From the NCBI GenBank assembly GCA_041750285.1, contig JBGSZS010000020.1, positions 1 to 64,000 on the forward strand: a stretch of DNA of 64,000 nucleotides, given 5' to 3'. Below the pieces are notes generated by a model, which saw nothing but the letters and a program-made list of their open reading frames with translations, had not been told where the DNA came from and made no database searches. The translations under genes were made by a program, and so were the position numbers. Of the stretch, positions 1 to 9,648 are shown piece by piece; the stretch's first letter is position 1, and each line of letters begins with the position of its first letter. Origin of the DNA: Candidatus Fermentibacteraceae bacterium. GTDB lineage: Bacteria; Fermentibacterota; Fermentibacteria; Fermentibacterales; JCC-6.

Positions 1-327
1 ATCCCCCTGGCCGGTGGAAGGCTCGCCATGCATTTCGGGCATTGCGAGAGCTTCGCCCTTGTGGATGTTGACAACGGATCGGGATGTATCGCCGGCAGAA
101 AAGACGTTCCCGCACCGGCACACCAGCCCGGCCTTCTCCCCCCCTGGCTTTCGGAGAAGGGCGCAACCGTAATCATCGCGGGAGGGATGGGACAGCGGGC
201 ACAGGAGCTCTTCACGCAGCATGGTATCAAAGTTGTGGTGGGCGCCCCGTCTGAAACCCCCGAAACCCTTGTAAAAGGCTTTCTGGAGGGAAGCCTGAAA
301 CTCGGGGGAAACGCGTGTGACCACTGA
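1..327 (+). CDS. NifB/NifX (dinitrogenase FeMo-cofactor) domain protein, 5'-truncated by the window edge; possibly the C-terminal domain of an Mrp/NBP35 ATPase
   Basis: Frame is open from base 1 (IPLAGGRLAMHFGHCESF); motifs HFGHC, PxHQPG, IAGGMGxRA and C-terminal NACDH are typical of this family. Confidence 0.8.
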   Translation: MPLAGGRLAMHFGHCESFALVDVDNGSGCIAGRKDVPAPAHQPGLLPPWLSEKGATVIIAGGMGQRAQELFTQHGIKVVVGAPSETPETLVKGFLEGSLKLGGNACDH

Positions 328-742
328 CGAACAGGTTTCGACGGGCCACACTCACTGTCTTTTCTGCGGAAGCCTGAACCCCAGGTCTTTGCACCTTGTT
401 TTCGAGGCAACGGAGGATGGCGGTGTGAAAGCCCTTTACACCGCTCCTCCGGAACTCCAGGGCTATGAGGGCATAATACACGGCGGGATCCTTGCGTCGC
501 TTCTGGACTCGGCGATGACACATTGTCTCTTTCACAGGGGCGTTAGGGCAATGACGGGCGACCTTCACATACGGTACCTGCAGTCGGTGCCGTTCGGCGT
601 CCCCCTCGAGATACACGCCAGTGTTCGCTCTTCGAGGCCGCCCGTGCATCTGCTGGAATCGGACATTACGACCGGCGGCACGGTTATGGTCAGGGCCGAA
701 GCCAAGTTCATGGAGTGCCCCAGGAAATCCACCTGCGTCTGA
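317..742 (+). CDS. PaaI-family hotdog thioesterase
   Basis: CLFCG..NP.SL.L, QGYEGIIHGGILASLLDSAM, T.DL.IRY motifs; GTG start overlaps upstream stop. Confidence 0.85.
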   Translation: MTTDEQVSTGHTHCLFCGSLNPRSLHLVFEATEDGGVKALYTAPPELQGYEGIIHGGILASLLDSAMTHCLFHRGVRAMTGDLHIRYLQSVPFGVPLEIHASVRSSRPPVHLLESDITTGGTVMVRAEAKFMECPRKSTCV

Positions 743-883
743 CGTTTTCACTGTCAGCAGGAAAGGAACGGTGCAGTATCCGGTCAGAATACCGATGTTC
801 GTCCAGGGTTTCATCTTGCGGTTCCCGGTAACTCCTGCTGCGGCCGTCCATCGCAACAGGTTCAACGGGTTGAATACCGGGAG

Positions 884-911
884 TTGACCGTTCCCGCCCA
901 AGTCATATATT
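884..911 (+). promoter_or_regulatory. Putative sigma-70 promoter of the arsR-acr3 operon
   Basis: TTGACC (884-889), 16 bp, TATATT (906-911); GGAGG SD at 937-941 before ATG 948. Confidence 0.6.
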
Positions 912-915
912 CCTT

Positions 916-936
916 TATGCACATATACACATATAC
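916..936 (+). promoter_or_regulatory. Candidate ArsR operator
   Basis: Imperfect palindrome TATG-N3-ATAT-N3-CATA (916-933) overlapping a perfect tandem ACATATAC x2 (921-936), between the -10 and the SD. Confidence 0.5.
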
Positions 937-947
937 GGAGGGACGGG

Positions 948-1298
948 ATGGAAAGGGATGCGCGTTTGTTCAAGGCCTTGTCGGACCTGACACGGCTGAA
1001 ACTGATGGTCATCCTGACGGTGTCGGGAGAGACATGCGTCTGCCGTCTGACTGAGGCACTCGGGGTTTCGGAGAGCACGGTTTCCAGACATCTGGGCGTT
1101 CTCCGGGCTCACGGACTCGTCAAAGCGAGACGCGAGGGCACCTGGATGCACTACAGTGTCGTCTCCCCCCCCGCGGGAGCGGTGAAGCATCTTTCCAGCT
1201 ATTTCGTCACCGGGTTGTCGTCGTGCCCCGAAATGAAGCAGGTGTTCCAAAAACTTTCAAAAAGCTCGTGCGAAACAGGGAGGCGCGCAGATGGCTGA
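948..1298 (+). CDS. arsR: ArsR/SmtB family metalloregulator
   Basis: FKALSDxTRL, ETCVCRL (CVC site), [12 protein letters not shown], REGTWMHY; directly upstream of acr3. Confidence 0.88.
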   Translation: MERDARLFKALSDLTRLKLMVILTVSGETCVCRLTEALGVSESTVSRHLGVLRAHGLVKARREGTWMHYSVVSPPAGAVKHLSSYFVTGLSSCPEMKQVFQKLSKSSCETGRRADG

Positions 1299-2454
1299 AA
1301 GAAGGATGAGCAACCCTTTCGAGAAGTACCTTACGGTCTGGGTGGCCTTGTGCATCGTGGCGGGGATCCTTCTTGGCAAGGCGGCCCCTGAACTGGCCCG
1401 AACCCTCGACGCCATGTCGATCACCGTAGGCGGGGCACCGGTGGTGTCCATTCCAATTGCGGTCTGCCTGTTCATGATGATGTACCCCATCATGGTGAAG
1501 ATCGATTTCGGCAGCGTGGTGCGTGCCGGCAAGAACGGCAAACCTGTCCTTCTGACGCTTTTCATCAACTGGTGCGTCAAGCCCTTCACCATGTACGGAA
1601 TCGCCCTTCTCTTCCTTGGCTTTTTGTTCAGGGGGTTCATAGGGGCGGATGCAACGGACCTCGTGAGAATGCCGTTCGGCCTCGATCTTCCGGTGGGAGC
1701 CACTCACGGCGCAGGAACCGTCGTGCTTTCCGAAGGTGTGCGGATGCTCGAGATACCGCTCTGGCGAAGCTACCTGGCAGGGGCCATACTGCTGGGAATA
1801 GCACCCTGTACAGCGATGGTTCTGGTTTGGAGCCATCTCGCCAGGGGCAACGACGGCCTCACACTCGTAATGGTTGCCATAAACTCACTGACGATGCTTC
1901 TGCTTTACGGCATCCTGGGGGGTTTTCTGCTGGGTGTCGGCAGGCTGCCCATACCATGGCAGGCCCTTCTCCTGTCGATCGGCATCTACGTCGCCCTGCC
2001 GCTTGCGGCAGGATACCTCTCCCGGCGCTGGATCATCGCGGCAAGGGGAAGGGAGTGGTTCGAGAGGAAGTTCCTCCACTTCCTGACGCCCGTCACCATC
2101 AGCGCACTGCTTCTCACTCTCGTTCTCCTTTTCAGCTTCAAGGGCGGGGTGATCGCATCCAATCCACTGACGATCCTGTGGATAGCCGTGCCGCTATTCA
2201 TCCAGACCGTGATGATCTTCGGGCTGGGTTACCATATGTCCCGGAAACTGAAGCTCTCCTATGAGGATGCAGCCCCTGCAGCAATGATAGGGGCGTCGAA
2301 CCACTTCGAAGTCGCGATCGCCACTGCGACCATGCTCTTCGGGCTCTCCTCCGGCGCGGCGCTGGCAACGGTTGTCGGAGTGCTTATTGAAGTGCCGGTC
2401 ATGCTGCTTCTGGTGAGGTTCTGCACCCGCACCCGGGGGTGGTTCGATTCTTGA
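1291..2454 (+). CDS. acr3: ACR3 family arsenite efflux transporter
   Basis: [62 protein letters not shown]; multiple TM segments. Confidence 0.95.
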   Translation: MAERRMSNPFEKYLTVWVALCIVAGILLGKAAPELARTLDAMSITVGGAPVVSIPIAVCLFMMMYPIMVKIDFGSVVRAGKNGKPVLLTLFINWCVKPFTMYGIALLFLGFLFRGFIGADATDLVRMPFGLDLPVGATHGAGTVVLSEGVRMLEIPLWRSYLAGAILLGIAPCTAMVLVWSHLARGNDGLTLVMVAINSLTMLLLYGILGGFLLGVGRLPIPWQALLLSIGIYVALPLAAGYLSRRWIIAARGREWFERKFLHFLTPVTISALLLTLVLLFSFKGGVIASNPLTILWIAVPLFIQTVMIFGLGYHMSRKLKLSYEDAAPAAMIGASNHFEVAIATATMLFGLSSGAALATVVGVLIEVPVMLLLVRFCTRTRGWFDS

Positions 2455-2506
2455 CGTGACCGTGTGTGGGCAATAGGGTATCCTGACTCACACCGGAAGG
2501 TGCCTT

Positions 2507-2833
2507 TTGATCGATTCGAGGGAAATGGCCAGGGTTTTCAAGATCCTGTCGGTCGACGCCAGGGTTCGAATCGTCACACTCCTGAAAGAGCGCCCGATGT
2601 GCGTGAACGCACTGGCAAAAAACCTCGGGATGTCTCCCGCGGCTGTCTCACAGCACCTCCGTGTGCTTCGTGACGGAGGTGTGGTGCTTGACTGCAAAAG
2701 CGGCAACTTCGTGCACTACAGCCTCAATCCCGGAACCATCGAAGCCTGGAGAGTCATGGCTTCAGGGCTTCTGGTGTGCGATCCGAACCAGCAGGGATGC
2801 AGGCTTGACGGGAATGACACCTGCGGAAGATAG
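2507..2833 (+). CDS. Second ArsR/SmtB family regulator
   Basis: FKILSVDARVRI, MCVNAL, SPAAVSQHLRVLR, GNFVHY; TTG start; candidate own promoter TTGACG(2451)-17-TAGGGT(2474). Confidence 0.85.
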   Translation: MIDSREMARVFKILSVDARVRIVTLLKERPMCVNALAKNLGMSPAAVSQHLRVLRDGGVVLDCKSGNFVHYSLNPGTIEAWRVMASGLLVCDPNQQGCRLDGNDTCGR

Positions 2834-2910
2834 GGCATTGCGCCTTCCGGTACGATTGCACATAGTCACATCGAAGTGAAACCCGGAGGGGCAGAAGGGT
2901 CACTTGTCCA

Positions 2911-3714
2911 TTGGCTGACGTCACCCGCACCAACACCATGCTGGGTGTGCTCGAAGCGGTTTCAGAACCGGTTATATCCTACAGTGGTTCCCTGCGCATC
3001 GTCTGGATGAATCCTGCCGCCGAGGTCTTTCTTGGTCTCAGTCTCGAAAGGGTCCGGGGGCTTTCATGCCTCGACATCTTCCCCGAAGACCTTCCATGCC
3101 GGAACAACTGCCCTGTTCGCAAGGCGCTGTCCGAAGACCGGACCGTTTCCCTTCTAACCGGAGGGCTTGCCACGGGGGAAACCCTGCTCACCGCGGTTCC
3201 TCTCATCCAGGGCGACGGCCTGGCAAGGGTTCTCGAGATCATCCAGGGAGAATTCATGGAGATATCGAAACCGCCGTTCCGGTTCAGGTTCCTGGAACGG
3301 GTAAACTGCGCCTTCAATCTCGCCGAGGCAGCCCCGATGCTCGTGGAGGCGACCAGGGAGATAGCCGGGGAAGTTGCCGTGGGTGTCTATTCACTCTGCG
3401 ACAACGGGTTCTCCCTGATCTCGGGCAACGCGGTTCCCGAAGCAATGAGAATGCTTCCAGGGCTCGAATTCGTATCCCGGTCAGCCCTTTATGTACCGAC
3501 AGGCTCGATCTTTCCAGGGATACCCTCCGAGGGGCTTCCACTGGAGGTGTCCCTGTTGCCGCTTCACGGCTCCAGCCGCCCCGAGGGCCTTCTGCTGTGC
3601 GGAGTGATACCCGGTTCGGAAGGCAGGGAAAGGCTCGAGGAACTTCAGTCCGTCATGAACGCCGCCATGGAAAGGTTTCACCGCGCGGAGGAATGCGAAA
3701 GGCTTCTCACCTGA
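2911..3714 (+). CDS. PAS-domain protein with possible degenerate GAF-like region and no recognisable output domain
   Basis: IVWMNPAAEVFLG..G.SC..IF...PCRNNCPV PAS signature; start uncertain (TTG 2911 or ATG 2938). Confidence 0.65.
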   Translation: MADVTRTNTMLGVLEAVSEPVISYSGSLRIVWMNPAAEVFLGLSLERVRGLSCLDIFPEDLPCRNNCPVRKALSEDRTVSLLTGGLATGETLLTAVPLIQGDGLARVLEIIQGEFMEISKPPFRFRFLERVNCAFNLAEAAPMLVEATREIAGEVAVGVYSLCDNGFSLISGNAVPEAMRMLPGLEFVSRSALYVPTGSIFPGIPSEGLPLEVSLLPLHGSSRPEGLLLCGVIPGSEGRERLEELQSVMNAAMERFHRAEECERLLT

Positions 3715-3756
3715 ACGGCGCTATATTCCTCCTTGCCTTGTAAGGGAGGAGACACT

Positions 3757-4149
3757 GTGGACATTTCCGGGGCCCTCAATTCCAGGCATTTCATTACCAG
3801 ACCGGTGGAATCCCACATGAGCGCTTCAGCCGTCGGCTCGGGAGGTATCGAGGTATTGTCCACACCCTGGATGATCGCCCTTATGGAATCCGCCTCCAGG
3901 GACGCCGTTCAGGGTTTTCTGCCCCAGGGTCACACCACTGTTGGAACAAGGGTTGATGTCTGTCATACGGCCCCCCTGCCGGTCGGAGCATTCGTAAGCG
4001 TTGAAAGCACGCTCATCGGGATCCATGACCGTACCCTCGTCTTCGCCGTAAGGGCCTGGAGCGATTCGGGCGACATCGGCCACGGCACCCATGAGAGGGT
4101 CGTGATCAACATCGACAGGTTCATGTCACGGATGAGGAAAGGTGTTTGA
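3757..4149 (+). CDS. Thioesterase family protein (fluoroacetyl-CoA thioesterase FlK-like)
   Basis: VLSTPWMIALME, TVGTxVDVxHTAP, G.HER.VI; GTG 3757 after GGAGGAG. Confidence 0.85.
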   Translation: MDISGALNSRHFITRPVESHMSASAVGSGGIEVLSTPWMIALMESASRDAVQGFLPQGHTTVGTRVDVCHTAPLPVGAFVSVESTLIGIHDRTLVFAVRAWSDSGDIGHGTHERVVINIDRFMSRMRKGV

Positions 4150-5960
4150 TGGCTGCTTCCCCACTTAAGAGGAACCAGGTTGCCAGGGAGGATACCTGGG
4201 ACCTTGCCCCGATGTACGCCACCGACGAAGAGTGGCATCACCGGTTCACCGAGGCCTCCGCTCTTCCCGGAGAAGCCTCGCGCTTCCGGGGAACGCTGGG
4301 AAAGTCGGCTGAAGAGCTTGCCGAAGCACTGAAGCACATCATCGAAGCGTTCCGCACTGTCGAGAAGCTCTATGTCTACGCCCACCTTCGACAGGACCAG
4401 GACCTTTCCGACTCCCCCGCGGTCGAGATGTTTGAAAAGGCCGCTGCCCTCAATTCCCGTCTGGCCGCGGAAACCAGTTACATGGCCCCCGAGATCCTCG
4501 CAGTTGAGCCTTCCAGAATGGCTGCGTGGCTCGAGACGCCCGGCGTGAAACCCTACGCGACCTGGCTCGAAGAGATACTAAGGGCGGGACCCCACACCCT
4601 TGGCGCCTCCGAAGAGGCCCTTCTCACCAGGGCTTCTGAGGTTTCCAGGTGTTTCAGCAGCGCCAGCGGCAAGCTCACCAACGTGGAAATGCCCGCCAGA
4701 CTGCCCGAGATCGGAACCGATGACGGCAGAACGCTGAAACTGACGAACAGCAACTTCATAAGGATACTCACAGAGGCCACCGGAGGCGTGCGAAAGGCTG
4801 CGTTCCAGGGGTTCTACAACGAGCTTTCCGGAAATACCGCCACCCTTGCCGCGCTTCTCGAGGGGCAGGTCAAGGCTCATGTCTTCCATGCCAGGGCACG
4901 CAGCTTCCCTTCCGCCCTTGCCGCATCCCTCTTCAACGACCGTGTGGGCACCGAAGTCTACGAATCGCTGATCGCGGCGGTCAGAAGGAACCTGCCAACC
5001 CTGCACAGGTACTACGACCTCAAGAAACGGATTCTCGGGCTTCCCGCCCTGGGAATGCACGACCTCTACACACCCATCGCCGGCGAGAGCGGCAGAAGGT
5101 ACACGTTCGAGGAGGCGGTCGAGATGACCCTCGACGCCGTAAAGCCCCTGGGAGCAAGGTACGTTGAAACCCTGGCGCGGGGAATCGAGAACCGCTGGGT
5201 GGACAGGTACGAGAACGCGGGCAAACGTTCCGGTGCGTACTCCAGCGGCTGCTACGACAGCCCGCCCTACATGCTTCTGAATTTCACCGGCACGCTCGAT
5301 TCGGTCTTCACCCTCGCCCACGAGGCCGGACACTCCATGCACAGCCACTACTCCCGCAGGGCCTGCAGCTATCAGGAATCGGACTACCCCATCATCCTTG
5401 CGGAAGTGGCCAGCATAACCAACGAGATACTGCTTTTCGAACATCTGTCACGAAGGATCTCGGACAGGAATGAACTCGTCGGAATGCTTGATCACCTTGT
5501 GAACAGCTTCAGATCGACGCTGTTCCGCCAGACCATGTTCGCCGAGTTCGAGCTTCTGATGCACAGGCATGTCGAGGAAGGCGGGATACTGACACCCGAT
5601 TTCCTGAACGAACAGTATTTCGGCCTGGTCAGGGCCTACCACGGAGACTCATTCACCTGGGATGACTCCGACAGGCTCATCGCAACTGAATGGGCCCGTG
5701 TCCCCCACTTCTACTACAACTTCTACGTCTACAAGTACGCAACCGGCATGGCGGCCGCGGTCGCCGCGAGTGATGCGGTTCTCGGGGGCAAAGCCGATGC
5801 ATACTCGGCCTTCCTCGCAGGGGGGCGAACGAAACCTCCGCTCGAGCAGCTGATGGGCATCGGTGTCGACCTTGCCTCCCCGGGGCCTGTGAACTCTGCG
5901 GTTGCGCGTTTCGCCGGCACGACTGACGCACTGGAGGAGGCTCTTGGCCAGAAAGGATAA
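4149..5960 (+). CDS. pepF: Oligoendopeptidase F (M3B)
   Basis: WDLAPMY, GKRSGAYSSG, TLAHEAGHSMHS (HExxH), LAEVAS, FRQTMFAEFE, HFYYNFYVYKYATG. Confidence 0.96.
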   Translation: MAASPLKRNQVAREDTWDLAPMYATDEEWHHRFTEASALPGEASRFRGTLGKSAEELAEALKHIIEAFRTVEKLYVYAHLRQDQDLSDSPAVEMFEKAAALNSRLAAETSYMAPEILAVEPSRMAAWLETPGVKPYATWLEEILRAGPHTLGASEEALLTRASEVSRCFSSASGKLTNVEMPARLPEIGTDDGRTLKLTNSNFIRILTEATGGVRKAAFQGFYNELSGNTATLAALLEGQVKAHVFHARARSFPSALAASLFNDRVGTEVYESLIAAVRRNLPTLHRYYDLKKRILGLPALGMHDLYTPIAGESGRRYTFEEAVEMTLDAVKPLGARYVETLARGIENRWVDRYENAGKRSGAYSSGCYDSPPYMLLNFTGTLDSVFTLAHEAGHSMHSHYSRRACSYQESDYPIILAEVASITNEILLFEHLSRRISDRNELVGMLDHLVNSFRSTLFRQTMFAEFELLMHRHVEEGGILTPDFLNEQYFGLVRAYHGDSFTWDDSDRLIATEWARVPHFYYNFYVYKYATGMAAAVAASDAVLGGKADAYSAFLAGGRTKPPLEQLMGIGVDLASPGPVNSAVARFAGTTDALEEALGQKG

Positions 5961-7695
5961 CTCCGAACATCTGCTGAACCTGCTGCTGAACAACGGACAG
6001 GATCTCATCAGCATCAAGGATACAAGCCTGCGCTGTGCAGCGGTAAGCAGATCAGTGGCCGACTTCTTCGGCTATGACGACACTTTCGCGTTCCGCGGAC
6101 GCACGCTCGGTGAAGTGCTGGGGGAAGAGGCCGTGCAGGCCGAGGAGATCGCTGACCGCCAGGTCATCGACAGCATGGAACCCCGAAACGTCCTTCTTCA
6201 ATACAGGGCGTCCGATGGCAGCCCGCATGGCTTTCAGTGCCTGAAGACCCCCCTTTTCCAGGCTGACGGAAGCCTCTGGGGAGTCCTGAGCGTTTCACGC
6301 GACACCACCGAGTACGAGGGTCGTCTCAAAGACCTTCAGGAAGACGCCGCGGTTTACGAAGCCGTGATAATGAACGCTCCGCTGGGCGTCTCCGTGCGAG
6401 ACTCCGTCGGAAACCTTGTGATGGTCAACAGCGCCTGGAAAAAGATATGGGCCCTTTCCGACGAAGCGGTTTCGAGCGATATGCGCAAGACCCGAACCAC
6501 CCTGCAGTTCGACGACACCGACAGCTATCTGGCCGGCTACAACCAGGAGGTCAAACGGATTTACACCGAGGGCGGACAGCTCTTCATCCCCCAGCTCAGG
6601 GTATCCGAACCAAGGCCCGGTGGTGCTTCCTGGGTCAGCCACCACTTCTACGCCCTTCACAACGTCGAGGGCAGGGTTGACAAGGTGGTCGTACTGACCG
6701 AGGACCTGTCCGAACAGGTGAGGAGCCGGAAAGCCCTCGAGCAAAGTCAGATCAACTACCGCAACCTTTCCGAGAACGTCCCTGTGGGGATCTTCAGCGC
6801 CGAGCTCAGGGTCGGGGGTCCGATACTCTTCTGCAACCCCTCATTCAGGAAGATGTTCGGATTCCAGGGACAGGATTCCCCGATCGGCATGCCGATGGAC
6901 TCGTTCGTCGCCGATCCCGAATTCATTGCCTCGACGATTCCCGATCTTCAGGAAAGGGGAAGGGCCGACGATGTCGAGATACTGATGCGGCGCGTTGACG
7001 GCAGCGACTTCTGGGGTTCACTCACGATAAGGCTCCACCGCACTGATGATGCGGTGGTGATGCAGGGCGTCATCACCGACATCAGCCATCGCCGCGAATC
7101 ACTCGAAAGGCTTCACAAGACGGTCATGGGAACCGTTTCCGCAATGGGACGCCTCGTTGACATGAAGGATCCGTACACAGCGGGCCATCAGGAACGCGTC
7201 GCCCACCTGGCCACGGCGATAGCCACCGAAGCGGGGCTGAGCCAGGAGAGGATCGAGGGCGTGAACATCGCGGGCAAGCTTCACGACATTGGCAAGATGT
7301 GCGTACCCGCCGAGATACTGACCAAGCCGGGGGTTGTTTCACCGGAGGAGATGCGTCTTCTCAAGACTCATCCCGCAAGCGGTTACAACATTCTTCGCAA
7401 CATCGAGTTCCCATGGCCGGTGGCCGAGTACGTCCTTCAACACCATGAACGGCTCGACGGAAGCGGCTATCCTGCGGGGCTCACCGACAGGGAGATCTGT
7501 ATCGAGGCCAAGATCCTCGCGGTGGCGGACGTTGTCGAGGCAATGGCTACCCGAAGGCCTTACAGGGCGGGCAAGGGGCTTCACGAAGCCCTTCAGACGG
7601 TCACCCTGGGGGCGGGAATCCTGTACGACAGAAAGATGACCGAGATCTGCGTGAACCTGTTCCTTCAGAAGGACTACAGCCTGCCTCCCTACTGA
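5944..7695 (+). CDS. Multi-PAS HD-GYP cyclic-di-nucleotide phosphodiesterase
   Basis: Three PAS/PAC-like blocks, then DPYTAGHQERV, LHDIGK, HHERLDGSGYP, AVADVVEAM..RRPYR; TTG 5944 after GGAGG. Confidence 0.92.
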   Translation: MARKDNSEHLLNLLLNNGQDLISIKDTSLRCAAVSRSVADFFGYDDTFAFRGRTLGEVLGEEAVQAEEIADRQVIDSMEPRNVLLQYRASDGSPHGFQCLKTPLFQADGSLWGVLSVSRDTTEYEGRLKDLQEDAAVYEAVIMNAPLGVSVRDSVGNLVMVNSAWKKIWALSDEAVSSDMRKTRTTLQFDDTDSYLAGYNQEVKRIYTEGGQLFIPQLRVSEPRPGGASWVSHHFYALHNVEGRVDKVVVLTEDLSEQVRSRKALEQSQINYRNLSENVPVGIFSAELRVGGPILFCNPSFRKMFGFQGQDSPIGMPMDSFVADPEFIASTIPDLQERGRADDVEILMRRVDGSDFWGSLTIRLHRTDDAVVMQGVITDISHRRESLERLHKTVMGTVSAMGRLVDMKDPYTAGHQERVAHLATAIATEAGLSQERIEGVNIAGKLHDIGKMCVPAEILTKPGVVSPEEMRLLKTHPASGYNILRNIEFPWPVAEYVLQHHERLDGSGYPAGLTDREICIEAKILAVADVVEAMATRRPYRAGKGLHEALQTVTLGAGILYDRKMTEICVNLFLQKDYSLPPY

Positions 7696-8240
7696 GCGGC
7701 AGCCTTTTCGAGAACAAGGTCGAACATCGCGCGGAGCTTGTCCGTTGAAACGGCCGTATCGAAGCAATCACCGTTCGGACGTGAATTCAGTACACCCAGT
7801 GCAGGGAGGGGCATCGCATCGAGAAGGCCCTGTCCGAGGTCCCTGGGACAGGCGACCGCAACCACAAGCCCGGGACGCTTCTCCCGCAGCAGCCTTCTTG
7901 CGAGGGTGCCGCCCGTGGTGACCCTTGCCTCGATCCCAAGTTCACCAGCCATCTCCGAGATCGCTCCCACGACACACCCGCCGCAGCGGACACATTTGCT
8001 TATGTCAAAGGTGATGCGGTGCGGGCATCCGTGATACTGGAGACAGTGGGGAAGCAGGAGAAGCACGCGGTCCGGGGAGAACCTCTTCCCAAGCCCGAGG
8101 GTTTTCCCCGTTACCGAGGCAACGACCGCAAGTTCAGCCTTCCCGGGTTGCACAAGCCTGAAAGCCTCGAGAAACTTTGTGAAAAGGTAGCGAACTTTCA
8201 CGGAGGCACAGAAAAAACGGGGCAGGCGGGGTTCCGTCAT
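7689..8240 (-). CDS. DUF116 family Cys-rich protein
   Basis: LLLLPHCLQ, CxxCxxC, TGGTLAR, VAVACxRDL, RPNGxCxDT; typical position after fmt; ATG 8240 overlaps fmt stop. Confidence 0.85.
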   Translation of the reverse strand: MTEPRLPRFFCASVKVRYLFTKFLEAFRLVQPGKAELAVVASVTGKTLGLGKRFSPDRVLLLLPHCLQYHGCPHRITFDISKCVRCGGCVVGAISEMAGELGIEARVTTGGTLARRLLREKRPGLVVAVACPRDLGQGLLDAMPLPALGVLNSRPNGDCFDTAVSTDKLRAMFDLVLEKAAAQ

Positions 8241-9145
8241 ACACCGACCGGTCCAGCCCTGAGCCCCCGAAGAAAGGTGGCCGTCTCCATGCGGCGCCCG
8301 GATTCGGGCTGGACCTCGATGAGTTCGAGCATGCCCCTGCCGGTGGCTACTGTCATCCGTTCCCTCCCCGTGATGAAAAAGGTGCCGGGAACCCCGGAAC
8401 CATCGATGGCAACAGCCCGGTGAACCTTCAGGACCCTGCCGTTGAAGACACACCATGCCCCCGGCGCGGGATTGAAGGCCCGCACTGCCAGGACCAGCTG
8501 TTCCGCAGGCTTGCTCCAGTCAAGCTCGGCATCCTCCCGGGAAAACTTGTCGGCATAGGTTCCGGCGCCCTGCTGGGGAACGGGCAGAATCTCACCCCTG
8601 GCGTAGCCGAGGAGGACCTGCGGCGCGACCCCTGCGGCAAGCCTTGAGAGCCTTTCCGTGAGCTCCCCCGCGGTCTCGCCGGGCAGCACCCCGGTGCGGA
8701 CGGAGTGTATGACCGGGCCGGTATCCCAACCCGAGTCGGTGAGCATGAAGGAAACACCGGTCTGCTCACGGCCCGCAAGAATCGTCATGGTTACCGGAGC
8801 CGCCCCCCTGCCGTCCGGCAGGAGCGACGGGTGGACGTTGACGACGCCAAGCCTCGTTGATCCCAGAAGCCATCGGGGAAGCCACTGACCGAAGGCGGCG
8901 CTCATCATCACGTCTGCGTCCAGACCCGCGAACTCCTCCTTCACCAGCTTTTCAGGCTTCAGGAGAGGAATGTTCAGGGATTGAGCTGCATGGGCAACCG
9001 GAGTGCTTGACTTCGAAAGACCTCTGCCGGCCCGGCTGTCGGGCCTCGTTACAACGGCCGTCACGGTGATGTCTGAAGACGCGGCGATGCTTTCCAGAAC
9101 GGGTACCGCAAAGCCCGAGGAACCCAGGAACAGAAGCCTCAGCAA
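8237..9145 (-). CDS. fmt: Methionyl-tRNA formyltransferase
   Basis: FLGSSGFAVP, VVTRPD..GRG, NVHPSLLP..RGAAP, DTGP, VRAFNPAPGA; TTG 9145 with GGAGG SD. Confidence 0.95.
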   Translation of the reverse strand: MLRLLFLGSSGFAVPVLESIAASSDITVTAVVTRPDSRAGRGLSKSSTPVAHAAQSLNIPLLKPEKLVKEEFAGLDADVMMSAAFGQWLPRWLLGSTRLGVVNVHPSLLPDGRGAAPVTMTILAGREQTGVSFMLTDSGWDTGPVIHSVRTGVLPGETAGELTERLSRLAAGVAPQVLLGYARGEILPVPQQGAGTYADKFSREDAELDWSKPAEQLVLAVRAFNPAPGAWCVFNGRVLKVHRAVAIDGSGVPGTFFITGRERMTVATGRGMLELIEVQPESGRRMETATFLRGLRAGPVGV

Positions 9146-9648
9146 CTCTCCTCCCGGATCTTTCGTAGCCTGCTTCTTAATAGCCTTCGCTTCAGGGCGC
9201 CCATGCGATCGACCAGGAGGATGCCGCCGAGATGGTCGTATTCGTGCTGGACGAGCCTTGCACCAAGACCGGCGATCTCCAGCGTGAACGGCTCCCAATG
9301 CTCATCGAGCGCCTTCACCCTCACGCCCTGGTTTCTCTCCACGTCTGCGTAAATCCCCGGAAAGCTCAGGCAGCCCTCCTCTCCCCTGATGACGGGGCCG
9401 AAGAGCTCGATCTCCGGGTTCAGGAAGACCGTGTGCCCTCCCAGGGGAAGCCCGGTGTCCTGACCGGCGATGAACACGCACACGGACTCACCCGCCTGGG
9501 GTCCCGCCAGACCAAGCCCGTCGTGTCCGGCAAGGATCCGTCTCATGTCGGGCAGCAGGGATGCAAGAAGGGCATCGTCTTTGCCGGGTTCAAGGGGACG
9601 GCACCTTTCCCTGAGCACATCCCTTCCGAAAAGGACTATCTCCCTCAT
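9139..9648 (-). CDS. def: Peptide deformylase
   Basis: GLGLAGPQ, EGCLSFP, QHEYDHL motifs. Confidence 0.96.
   Translation of the reverse strand: MREIVLFGRDVLRERCRPLEPGKDDALLASLLPDMRRILAGHDGLGLAGPQAGESVCVFIAGQDTGLPLGGHTVFLNPEIELFGPVIRGEEGCLSFPGIYADVERNQGVRVKALDEHWEPFTLEIAGLGARLVQHEYDHLGGILLVDRMGALKRRLLRSRLRKIREESC

Noticed and set aside
227..1078. 283-aa minus-strand ORF spanning the thioesterase, intergenic region and arsR
   Set aside because: Overlaps three convincing plus-strand genes and a promoter; no family motifs
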